A program made the position numbers and the translations under genes. A stretch of DNA of 64,000 nucleotides from Monocercomonoides exilis PA203 (Eukaryota > Protista > Preaxostyla). Within the stretch, counting starts at the first letter, position 1. The number at the start of each line of letters is the position of its first letter. The notes below the pieces were generated by a model. It was not told the DNA's origin. It ran no database searches and worked only from the letters and a program-made list of their open reading frames with translations. The DNA lies in NCBI GenBank assembly GCA_001643675.2, contig LSRY02000053.1:434001-498000 (forward strand), written 5' to 3'. Positions 13,180 to 23,700 of this stretch are shown here, piece by piece.

Positions 13180-14276
13180 TTACTTTTCAATTTCTAATTG
13201 ATTAAAAGAAATACATTGCTTCTCAAATAATCCATTATCTTCACTGAAATCATATGCCTGAATATTCAGATTTATTAGCCAAACTGCAATTTCGATATCT
13301 AACTTTGCATCATCCAAGCCGTTTCTGTTCCTGTTTGCGCATTGCTTCCACTGCCTTTTCATTCTTCCGAAAGACTATTCAACAGGAATCCGTTTCTTTG
13401 CTTTTCTTTCATTAAATGTTATTTCTTCTATCGTTTTAGCATTTTTGATTGGTGTTATGACTTCTATTCCTTCAACAGCACCTTGATATCCTCTGTCTGC
13501 CATGACTTTCCAATGTTTAATTCCTTCATCCAATCCGTATTTTTCTCTTTCGTATTCTGATATTTGTGAATATTCTTTCAACGGCTGTAAGTCTCGTTTG
13601 AACAATGAGAAATCATGGATATGACCTTCTACAACTTCTGAAGCAAATTATGCTTCAAAAGGACAGCTTGCAGCAACAGTAACCTGGATTTTCAATTCAT
13701 AAACTCTATGATGCTCATCCCGAAGCAACTTCTGATTTTCAAAACTGCTTGATGGCTTGTCTGTTCTTATAGACGTTGCGTCCACTAGTAGTGCAACCGT
13801 TCCAAAAGATTCGTCTGTATCAGTATATTTAGGTCTTCTTTTATACATGTTCATTTTTCTCAATGCTTTTAATAGGAGTGGACGTATTTGTATTATTGCA
13901 TCCGAAATTATGTGGCTTCTTCTGTTAAACCAAATCCCAATTCTTGTTTTTGTTGTACCAGAAGATAGCCATTCGAAGTAATAAAGCATTTTGTTAGTGA
14001 GCGATAAAGAACCATTTGGTCCTTTTTTCGGAGTCTGGTTGGTTTCGTTTTCTTGTTCTCAAATAATGCTGAATATTTGTTTTTCGGTTAATTTATAACG
14101 ATCAAATGATTTTTGTTTGCGTAAGTAATCAAATAGCTGTCCCTCTGGCTCAGGATCCGATAACTCCCTAATTTCAGTGTTCATAATTTTCTTTTCAACG
14201 CTATCTTTGTATGAATCAGCATTTCGAAGAGCTAAATCAAACATGTCATTTGTTTCTTTTCTGTAAACATCAGATC

Positions 14277-14333
<57 letters not shown>

Positions 14334-14588
14334 AAAGAAAGAAAGAAAGAAAAAGAAAAATTGTTATAAAGAAATTTCTTAGCAATATTCAAACTCGAAC
14401 CTTTCCATTTTATTTTTTGCTGGTGAACAAGATAGTATTGAGGGATGTTCCTGAACTTCAATTGGACCAAACACATTTGAATGCTGAGAAGCAGACACGG
14501 AAGCTGAAGGCTGGTACGAGAGTGCTTGAGAAGAGAAGTTTATATCAAACTGAGATGAAGATTGAATATTGCTTTGAACGGAGTTCAT
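13180..14588 (-). pseudogene. IS5/PIF-Harbinger-type DDE transposase (DDE_Tnp_4-like) with one intron; inactivated by nonsense mutations
   Basis: Motifs LLVDATSI (D1), GHIHDFSLF, VMADRGYQG (D2), ITPIK, FN...RIPVE*SFGRMK (E) and AVWLINL. ATG at 14588; GT-AG intron 14261..14400 joins in frame (MER|KETNDMF). ORFs 14059..14244, 13648..13989, 13375..13605 and 13180..13362 lie in one frame, separated by single stops (TGA, TAA, TAG). Confidence 0.88.
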
Positions 14589-14921
14589 ATGCGAACTTTG
14601 TTCAGGGCAATATCATTTGATTGAAAACAAAAAATAAATTATTTAAAAATATCCACAAAGATAACGAACTAAGAATGAAACAGACCAAAAATATGGATCA
14701 ATTCGAGGAAGCAAACTCATTTCCAGTTGTAAAATTAATATCAAAACAAACTGACAAAAGAAAAGCCTTTTTTATGTATGGTGATGTCTTCTATTTATAC
14801 ACATTGGCATAGTGAGAAAATATGGGTCTTTTTCGAAAAACATATGACTTTTGAGTTACAACTCGTTCTTATTTTAAATAACATTTGTTTCACTCAAAAG
14901 GTTTTTCTTTTCGTATAATTT

Positions 14922-15391
14922 ACCAAAAATTATTCAAAATGAGAACTTTTGCGTTCAAAATGGAAATTTTGCAAACAAATTAATTAAAATTTCAAACGAA
15001 ATAATAATTTTTGCGTTCGAATTAATAATTGCTGAAAACATTACAAAAATTTATTCACACTCTCACGAAATTTTGTGAAAATCAGTTTTTCAATTTTGAA
15101 TCGGAAATAATTTTGTGTTGTCATTATTTTCTTGTACGTTAGAAAATTTTTTTATATTTTTAATTTTCTGACAAAAATTTTGATAATTTCATATAATTTT
15201 TATTCATATGAAAACAGAAAATATATTCATTTCGAATGGAAATATTTTCATTTCGTTTGAAATTTTTTCATTCTGAACGTAAAAATTTTAAATTTGAATG
15301 CAAATTTATTATTTTGAATGAAAAAACTATTAATTCGTTTACAAAATTATTAATTCGATTGCAAAAATTCTCATTTTGAATAATTTTTGGT
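14922..15391. mobile_element. Foldback/MITE element, older, with degenerate ~20-bp internal tandem units
   Basis: Terminal inverted repeat ACCAAAAATTATTCAAAATGAGAA(C/T)TTTTGC at 14922, reverse complement ending at 15391. Both arms continue with degenerate TTTTGCRTTCRAA.T units. Confidence 0.8.
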
Positions 15392-15463
15392 GTTTCTAAT
15401 GAAATAGAAATTCAGTCAAAAATTGATAAGACTACGAAATTGTCATAAACAGATTTAATTATT

Positions 15464-15464
<1 letters not shown>

Positions 15465-15508
<44 letters not shown>
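15465..15508. repeat. (TA)n microsatellite
   Basis: Directly visible. Confidence 0.97.
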
Positions 15509-15510
<2 letters not shown>

Positions 15511-15767
15511 TTTGAAAAATTTATTCAAAAAATTTTCTTACATTTATGATCAAAACCAATAACATCAATTCATCTAATTTTTTAAAAATTGGTGTGAATG
15601 CTAAATTAGAGCGTATTTAAACAATGCACGCAACACAATAAATGATCAAGGGATTATCATTTTGTTTAATATTGAGCAGGAATTTACTAATGTTGTTCAA
15701 ACCAAATTACATAAATCTTGCGAAATTACACTAGCTTTTGTCATTTTTTAAAAAAGGAAAGCAATAA

Positions 15768-17037
15768 ATGTTTGCACATTCATTTTTCAGCTTATTTTAT
15801 TTTATTTTCACAAAACAGGCAAAATTCTCAATCACAAGAAGCCAAGCAAAGCTTTTCACAGGCTGGAGAGAATATGAAAGAAGGAATGCAGCACCTTGGA
15901 TCGGCAGCAAAAAGCCAATCAAAAGAGATGGCTCAAAACGCAAAGGAAGGAATGCAGCGTGGTGCTCAAGTCGTAGGAGACAAGATGCAAAACGTTGGAG
16001 CTGCGGTGAAAGAAAAAACAGTAGAAGTCGCACACAATGCTAAAGAAGGGATGCAACGCGGAGCTCACGTGATGGGAGATAAGATGCAATCAGTTGGAGA
16101 AAAAGTTAAAGAAAAAACAGCAGAAGTTGCCCATAATGCAAAGGAGGGAATACAACATGGAGCTCACGTGATGGGAGAAAAAATGCAAAATGCTGGAGTT
16201 GCAATGAAAGAAAAAACAGTCGAAGTAGCCCACAATGCAAAGGAGGGAATACAACATGGGGCTCATGTTATGAAAGAGAAAATGCAAAATGCTGGAGAAA
16301 TCATGAAAGAGAAAGGAAGTCAAGCGAAGGAAGTTGTTAGTTCAAAGGCAAACGATATGAAGGAAGGGATGATGGAGGGAGTTGAGAAGATGAAAGAAAA
16401 ATCAAATGACATGACCGAAAATACTGAAGAAGTTAGCGAAGAAATGAAAGATGATACTCAAAGTGGATTTGGAAAAATGAAAGAGAAAATGGGTGAAATA
16501 ACTGACAAAATTCGTACAAAGATTGATGAGATGTCAGGAAGTTTGCAAGATGGATGGGAAAGCTTGAAAAAGAAAATGACCACAAAGAGTAATAAAACTG
16601 ATGAGGATGAAGAAGAAATGAAAGATAGAGAGGACATCAAAGAAAGAATAATGGAAGAAGCTGGCATTCATCCAAATGACGGAGATGAAGTGAAAGAGAA
16701 AGTTATAGAAATGAAAGATCAATTGAAAGATGAGCTGAAAGAAGGAATTAACTCATTGAAAAAGAGAAGCGCACAAGCTCACAAAGCCGAGCAACAAGAA
16801 GAGCGTGAGGTTGAACGCGCAAGAGATAATGCTCGCAGGGATTCTGAGCAACTCGAAGAAGCTCTTCAAGAAGAAATTGAAAAAAGAAGGCAACACAGTC
16901 GTTCAAATTCCACAGTCGAATCTCAACAACACGAGGTGAGCCCGGATGATTCAGTCCTCCAACAGAAAGTTCATCATGCAAAAGAACAAGCACAAAACGA
17001 AGCAAAGCCAAGCGGATGGGAAGGAATTGGCCACTAA
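15768..17037 (+). CDS. Hydrophilic LEA group 3-like protein with 33-aa (3x11) tandem repeats
   Basis: About four copies of NAKEG(M/I)Q(R/H)GAHVMG(D/E)KMQNxGxxxKEKTxEVAH (99-bp period); the protein is K/E/A/M/Q-rich and lacks Cys. Proposed start AT(15768-15769) | GT-AG intron 15770..15818 | G(15819), giving MQNSQSQEAK. Stop TAA at 17037. Confidence 0.8.
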
Positions 17038-17281
17038 TTTTTTTAATGCTTTTTTTTTAATTGGATGTAAAATAATGTTTTTTTTTCCTGTTATATAAGA
17101 AACATGATAGACATTCATTTTAATATTTTTATTTGTATATTTCTTTAAGAGCACACGCTTATTCAAAAGTTGAACATAAGCAAGTGAATTATTCATACAA
17201 TAACTGGGCTAAGATCAAATTATTTGTAGATATTTTATTGTCCAACTATTTGGGCTTATTATATCACGATATCAAAGAATC

Positions 17282-18863
17282 ATGTTTGCATTTTATTAAT
17301 TGATGTATTTATTTTTATAAAATTGTTGTAACTTTTCTTTTTGTTGAAAACAGGAGTTACATTAGTAACTCAAGTACAAGCATCCCTCCCGGCCTTTTGC
17401 AAACAAAACCTCCTCCTTCTTTTGCTCCAGATATTATCTCATCCACTTCAAAGGCTTCTGAAGACGATGCTTCTTTCAATTTTGAAAGAAAGCCTCGATT
17501 GGAGGATTTTACATTTTTGCAAGTTCTCGGTGCTGGTACGTTTGGAACCGTACAAATTGCACAGCACATAGAAACAAAACAATATTTTGCTATAAAAACA
17601 TTGAAGAAAGAGCGAGTAATTGCTCTTCGGCAAGCTCAACACATCAAAAATGAAAGAGACATATTATATAGATGTAGACATCCTCGAATAGTGAAATTGT
17701 TTGAAACGATGCAAGACGATGAAAATCTCTATCTTATTTTAGAGTATTGTCCCGGAGGCGATTTTTTCACTGTGAGACAACAATTTGATCATTTAAAGCC
17801 ATCTGTTTGTAGATATTACGCAGCACAAATGGTAACTGCTCTCGAAAGATTGCATAAAGAGCACGTTGCATATCGTGATTTAAAGCCAGAAAATGTTCTT
17901 CTCGATGCAGACGGACAGTTGAAACTGACAGATTTAGGATTTGCAAAAGAGATCAGAGATTTGACTTTCACTTTGTGCGGGACTCCGGTGTGAATTTGAA
18001 TGTAGCTTCCAAAGGACATCAATCTTAATTTCTATTTTTTTCATTTTTGAAATTAAAAACAAATTTTCTTTCTGAAAACGAAAAATTTCAAAACACATCA
18101 CATAGGATTACATTGCACCTGAGCTTGTTCTTGGAAAGGGACATGATATAGGGGTTGATTATTGGGCGCTTGGGGTATTCATTTATGAGATGATGATAGG
18201 AATTGTATGCATTTACTTCATTTCCGTTTTATTCTGTCCAATTTGTGGTTCTTTTTCATCTTTATCAATTTTCATTTCTTTCATCTCTTCCCTTTTCTCT
18301 TCCCTTTTTTTCTTATTTTTTTTCTTACAACAAAATACATGGTGATTGTTTCATTACTTCACTTTCATTAAACTTGTAATTTAACGAAAATTTATTTTTA
18401 TTTGTTCTTTGCAATTACACTGCCAATGCATCAGCCGCCTTTTTATTCTGATTCCCTTCTGACCACATACGATGCAATTGTGCGGTTTAAGCCTCCGACC
18501 CGCGGGCTCTTTGAGCGGCACAGCGGCGACACCGATGAAGAGGCGAGGCTGCGTGTTGAAGGGAAGAATTTGATTGTGGACTTGATGAAGAAAGATAAGA
18601 CTAAGCGGCTGGGCTGCCTGAAGGGTGGGATTGCAGATATTAAGAATCACCCGTTTTTCCTGGGGATTGACTGGCACCGCATTGAGAACGGACTCGATCC
18701 TGCGCCTATCAAGCCGCACATCATTCCTCCTGAGAAGATCCCGCCTTATTCGCCCGACCAGTCGCTGGAGGCTGAGTTGGAAGCATATCACGACGAGAGC
18801 GATGGGAAGACAAAGAAGTTTGTTGATCCGGACAGAGACCCAGCCAACTTTGCTGATTTTTGA
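17282..18863 (+). CDS. cAMP-dependent protein kinase catalytic subunit-like AGC kinase
   Basis: [27 protein letters not shown], activation loop TFTLCGTP|DYIAPE, DYWALG, KRLG...IKNHPFF and C-terminal FADF (FxxF as in PKA-C). GT-AG introns 17284..17353 (inside the ATG), 17988..18105 and 18205..18434 all join in frame. Confidence 0.93.
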
Positions 18864-18988
18864 GGCTCAATTTGTAAATGTTTAAAAGTTCTTACTGAAA
18901 AATGACACATTCACACAACATGTAAACTGTTGAGCTGATTTGTTTTTTAAATCATTTCCTCTTCATTTCACTTTTTATTTTATTTATT

Positions 18989-20057
18989 TACCATCGTTCG
19001 AAAACCCGGGAATTTTTCTAAAACCCGGACTTTTTCATAAAATTCATATTTTTCAACAAGTTTCAAAAATAAAATTATGATAATTCACATAATTATTCAT
19101 CGGTATATAACACATATAATCATGTACATATTTTTATTTAATGTGCTGTATTTATGAAGAAATAAATAATTTTTATTTTTGAAAATCTGACTTTTAATGA
19201 ATTTTTCTATTTCAACAAAACGATTCAGTTCATCTTTTATACGTAAAACTTATTTTTTCTTTGTTGCAAACTGTTCTGGTTATTTTTCATTTTCGGCAAT
19301 TTTCTCTTTCTAGCGGAATGAAAATCTGTCATTTTCAAAAAATCACAGCCAATGGGATTACTTAAAAAATATTTTTTGCAAAACACAAAAACATCCAAGT
19401 GAATTTAACACATGTTTAAATAAATATGATAGTTATATGAAATTTCTTTATTGATGAATTTTAAAATGATTCAGTAGATATTTCATAAATCAAGATTATT
19501 TTCACAAGTGATGATTTATTATGATCATTTTCATTGAATTTTCTACCAAATTGTGTTTTATGAAATATCTACTGAATCATTTTAAAATTCATCAATAAAG
19601 AAATTTCATATAACTATCATATTTATTTAAACATGTGTTAAATTCACTTGGATGTTTTTGTGTTTTGCAAAAAATATTTTTTAAGTAATCCCATTGGCTG
19701 TGATTTTTTGAAAATGGCAGATTTTCATTCCGCTAGAAAGAGAAAATTGCCGAAAATGAAAAATAACCAGAACAGTTTGCAACAAAGAAAAAATAAGTTT
19801 TACGTATAAAAGATGAACTGAATCGTTTTGTTGAAATAGAAAAATTCATTAAAAGTCAGATTTTCAAAAATAAAAATTATTTATTTCTTCATAAATACAG
19901 CACATTAAATAAAAATATGTACATGATTATATGTGTTATATACCGATGAATAATTATGTGAATTATCATAATTTTATTTTTGAAACTTGTTGAAAAATAT
20001 GAATTTTATGAAAAAGTCCGGGTTTTAGAAAAATTCCCGGGTTTTCGAACGATGGTA
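18989..20057. mobile_element. Near-perfect 1.07-kb palindromic foldback element
   Basis: 499-bp arms 18991..19489 and 19557..20055 with a 67-nt spacer; one mismatch seen by eye (ATGACAG vs ATGGCAG). Termini TACCATCG...CGATGGTA. Subterminal ~19-bp direct repeats AAAACCCGG...TTTTTC. Flanks fit either a TA or a TATT duplication. Confidence 0.92.
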
Positions 20058-20791
20058 TATTTTTTTTTTTTTTTTTGTTTTGTTGTTGTACGATATTCAA
20101 AACGTGACATTTAATAAATTAATTATTCTTGTTTGCTATCATTTCTTTGTTTTATTGTAAATAAAATGATAATCAAAAGTTATCAATACATAATTTATCC
20201 CTCCAGAAATTGACATTTCTTTGGGATTAATAATGTTGAATATATTCGTTCTTTGACATTCCTTCTATGTTAACGCAAACCATTTATTCCAAAAATCATT
20301 TCTATTCCAACTCTTCAAATAATGCTGGTTGAAATTGCTTATTAAGAATGAGACTTTTTATTTCTCATTTGCTTAAAAATGTTTTTTGAAAAAAATCGTA
20401 TTGATAAGTGTGAATATTCATCTGTCCTGAAAAAAAATGATAAAATGCAATTTAAAAAAAAATAATAAAATTGTTAATTGGCAAATTCATTTAATAGTTT
20501 ATCTATCTATCTGTTTATTTTTTTCTCAAGGAATATAAACAAAAAAATAAATAAGTCAACTATTTTGAAAAGCTGTGATTTTATGAAAAAAAAATTTGTT
20601 TTTAATGGAAAAAACGCAAAAATAAATTTCTTGAACTCAAATATCAAACAAACAAAAATAAAATACACTCATTCTAACATTTTTTAAGCAATTAATAAAG
20701 TTGAAATATATACAAATTTTTTAAAAATTAGTTCCTTTTTTATGAAATGCATATCCTTAAAACTTTTCAAGTGAATGCAAAACACACTTGA

Positions 20792-23700
20792 TCATATTTC
20801 CAAGGATTCATCAACCGGATCAATGAAGTCTTTTGGTATGGAAGGGAAAGGAGGCAATTCTTCTACAAAATCAACAGCAGGCGCACATTTTGAAATCAAT
20901 CCCATGTACCCAAACATCCTTCCTGAACTAATCTCTTTTGGAGGTTGCATTCGAAAGTTCGACTGATTACGTAACTGATCAGAATCGGCTGACTGGAGAG
21001 AAGAATGAGACGATGGCTTTGACGAATTCAGAATCTGGTGGCTGTTTGAAGGGTGAGGTGAATTATTGGAAATAGAAGAAGAAGAATTTGATTGAAATGA
21101 GTTGCTTTCCAGCGAGCGTGAAATACTGTCTGTTGAATGATAATTCATCTTCTGCTCATCCTTAAGCAAAGGTCTATCCAACATTCTCCTTTCCTCTTCT
21201 TTGGCTATTTGCATGAATCCACATTTCCTCATTCCCACACTTGACGCTACAACAGAATTTGGCATTCCACTGCTTGCTGGAAAATCTGAAGAATTTATTC
21301 CTTCGATTATTTCATTTGCGTTCATTGATAGACGCTTTTTCTTTCTTCTCCGCCAAACAAGAATCACAAGCGTAAGCACCACTGCAACAATCGCTAAGCA
21401 CGCAATAGGAATTGAAATTCCAAGCACAACTCCAATTTCAATCCCTTTGCGCTTGTTTGGTTTTTCAGGATCGTCCGCTGGCACAGGCGGAGGCATTTCA
21501 GAAAAATACCTAATAGATGTTGAGAGCTTGCCTGTCTCTTCCACCTCCCCAACAATACCCCAGTATTGTACGCTGCACCCAATCCACTTGTCGTCTTCCA
21601 TCTTTGTCACGTCCCTCACCGAAACCAGTGCTTCAGCCACTTCGCTGCTCCGATGCGAAGTGAAATGCAGACCATGCACCGGTTGAGCCTCCATGCTTTG
21701 CTTGATCCGAATGATCGAGAATGACGTCATACAGTCCATCAGATTCGCCCCGCTAAACACAATCAAGCAGTTTTCGTCGTCTCCCTTGATCCTGCTGATG
21801 TTCACATCGTCAAGCCGGGACTCAAACATCAGCGTCTTTGCTGTCTTTGCCCACTCCCCTTCCACTTTGCAGTTGTCGTTAAGAAAGAACAGCGATCGAT
21901 CTTTCTTGTTGCACCCATCGCCTTTCATCAGAGACTCAATCGATATTTCCCCTTTGTTTTTGCACACAATGTTGTGTCTCGCCTTTTCAAACACCCCGAC
22001 CAACGGATCATTCCCAAAGAACGTTCCATTTGAAATCTTCACTTTCCCTCCAGACTGCGAAAGCCCACCAAAACGAGAGAAGGACAGCTCCACATTATCC
22101 AGCTCAGCAACACATTCAGTTAGAGAAAGCATCGAATGGCTCCAATTGCACAACTCAGAATCATTCTCTTCCGAAAACTCATCTCGGCTTTCAGATTTTG
22201 CTTGTTCGTCTGATTCTTGTCCATTCTTCAATGAATTGCAATCTCTGCCAATGTGATTTGAAGACGACAGGTGTCGGGAAGAAGAATTCTTAAATCGTTC
22301 TTCCGTGATGAGCTTACCGAGATCGATTTCTTTGTCATCTCCTCTTATTGCCAGGTTTTTCAGTGTGGCATTGACATTCTCCAGCTGAATGAAATAACCT
22401 GAAAAATTATCATTAAAGCAATCTTTCATCGTCGAATCCGAAATTTCAAGTTGCGCATATTCTTCTCCATCCTTGTGCTCCGGAGCAGCAAACTGAAGCA
22501 GACATGGCTTGCTGCCTTCCGGCTTTGTTATCTTCTTAAGTATCAGAAAAGATAGCTTCGCCGTGGTAACACTGCTTCCAATATTGAATAGAGGTGAATC
22601 TTCGCAATTTGTGCAAAGGCCGACAAGAGCATTGCTCACTTCGACGCTGCTACATCCTTCAAATGTGAAGGGTGACACAAGTGCCACTGGCTTCTTCAAG
22701 CTCTCCACTTTGTTGAAGACAATCTTTGTTATAAACACATTCTCCAACGTGGCCTTCCCGTTCAGACACACCAAGAATGCCCCATAGCACACCCCTTCCC
22801 CATTCTGCCCCGCTTCAGCATTGCTTAACGGAGCCAGCGATACATTTCTGATTGTCACTTCTGTGCACCTGCTCACAATAAGTGCCGAGTGCGACTCTGT
22901 CTTTGCGCTTTCAATATAAAAACTGATGCGTTCAATTGCAAGTGTGCCGTCTGCTATGATCAGGCCTTCCTGCTTTCCAGATATCGTCTCGTGGATCACC
23001 ACAGGATTCTCCTTCTCTTCCTTCACGCAGATCTTCACCCCGCTCGCATCCAGCTCCCGATCCACATACACCTTCTTCACAACATAAAGCACCGACCTCT
23101 CGCTTGGCAGAAGCGACCCCAGCCCAAACCCAAACGTTTTGCACGGGCTCCGCTCGTTCCCACACCCAGACACGTCCGCCCCGCCCTCCCCCACATACAC
23201 CGTCGTCCGCATCTTTGTGTTCAGATACTTCGTGAACAAGTCCTCAAATCCTTCCTCTTTGACGCTTCTGTCCAGCGAACCTGAGATCGAATACGCACCA
23301 AACACCGATTCAGACGACTCTCTGTCAAAGCGAAAGCGCAAGGGAATTATGTTTGTCTTCAAATCAGGGCAGCAAATATGAATTACGTACTTGAGTGGAT
23401 GTCTGTTTTTGCTGAAAGTTAAGTCACTGAATGAAAAATAATACTGCGTCTGTTCGTTCATCGCTGCTCTGCTTATCACATTTCCCTCATTACTCGGCGA
23501 ATGTGCACACAACAAATAAATGCATTTTCCGATCGATCCACTGTCGAAAATGCAATCAAATTCGCTGTTACTGACGGTGCACAACCCGTCATCCCCAAGC
23601 AACAGCGAAAGAATTTCTCCAGTCTTTGCGTCAGTTGAGAAAAGGTTGAGGAACTTGCACCCAGATATTGCTGTCACATAATTTTCAGGCCAGTTTTGCA

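Noticed and set aside
13180-14260. Alternative genetic code (TAA/TAG = Gln, as in Streblomastix) explaining in-frame stops
   Set aside because: TGA stops interrupt the same frames, long host ORFs of 800-1700 aa contain no TAR codons, and TAA terminates intact genes. Ordinary nonsense decay fits better.
11451-15395. TTT target-site duplication around a composite element
   Set aside because: A 3-bp T run is expected by chance in this AT-rich DNA, so it was not counted as evidence.
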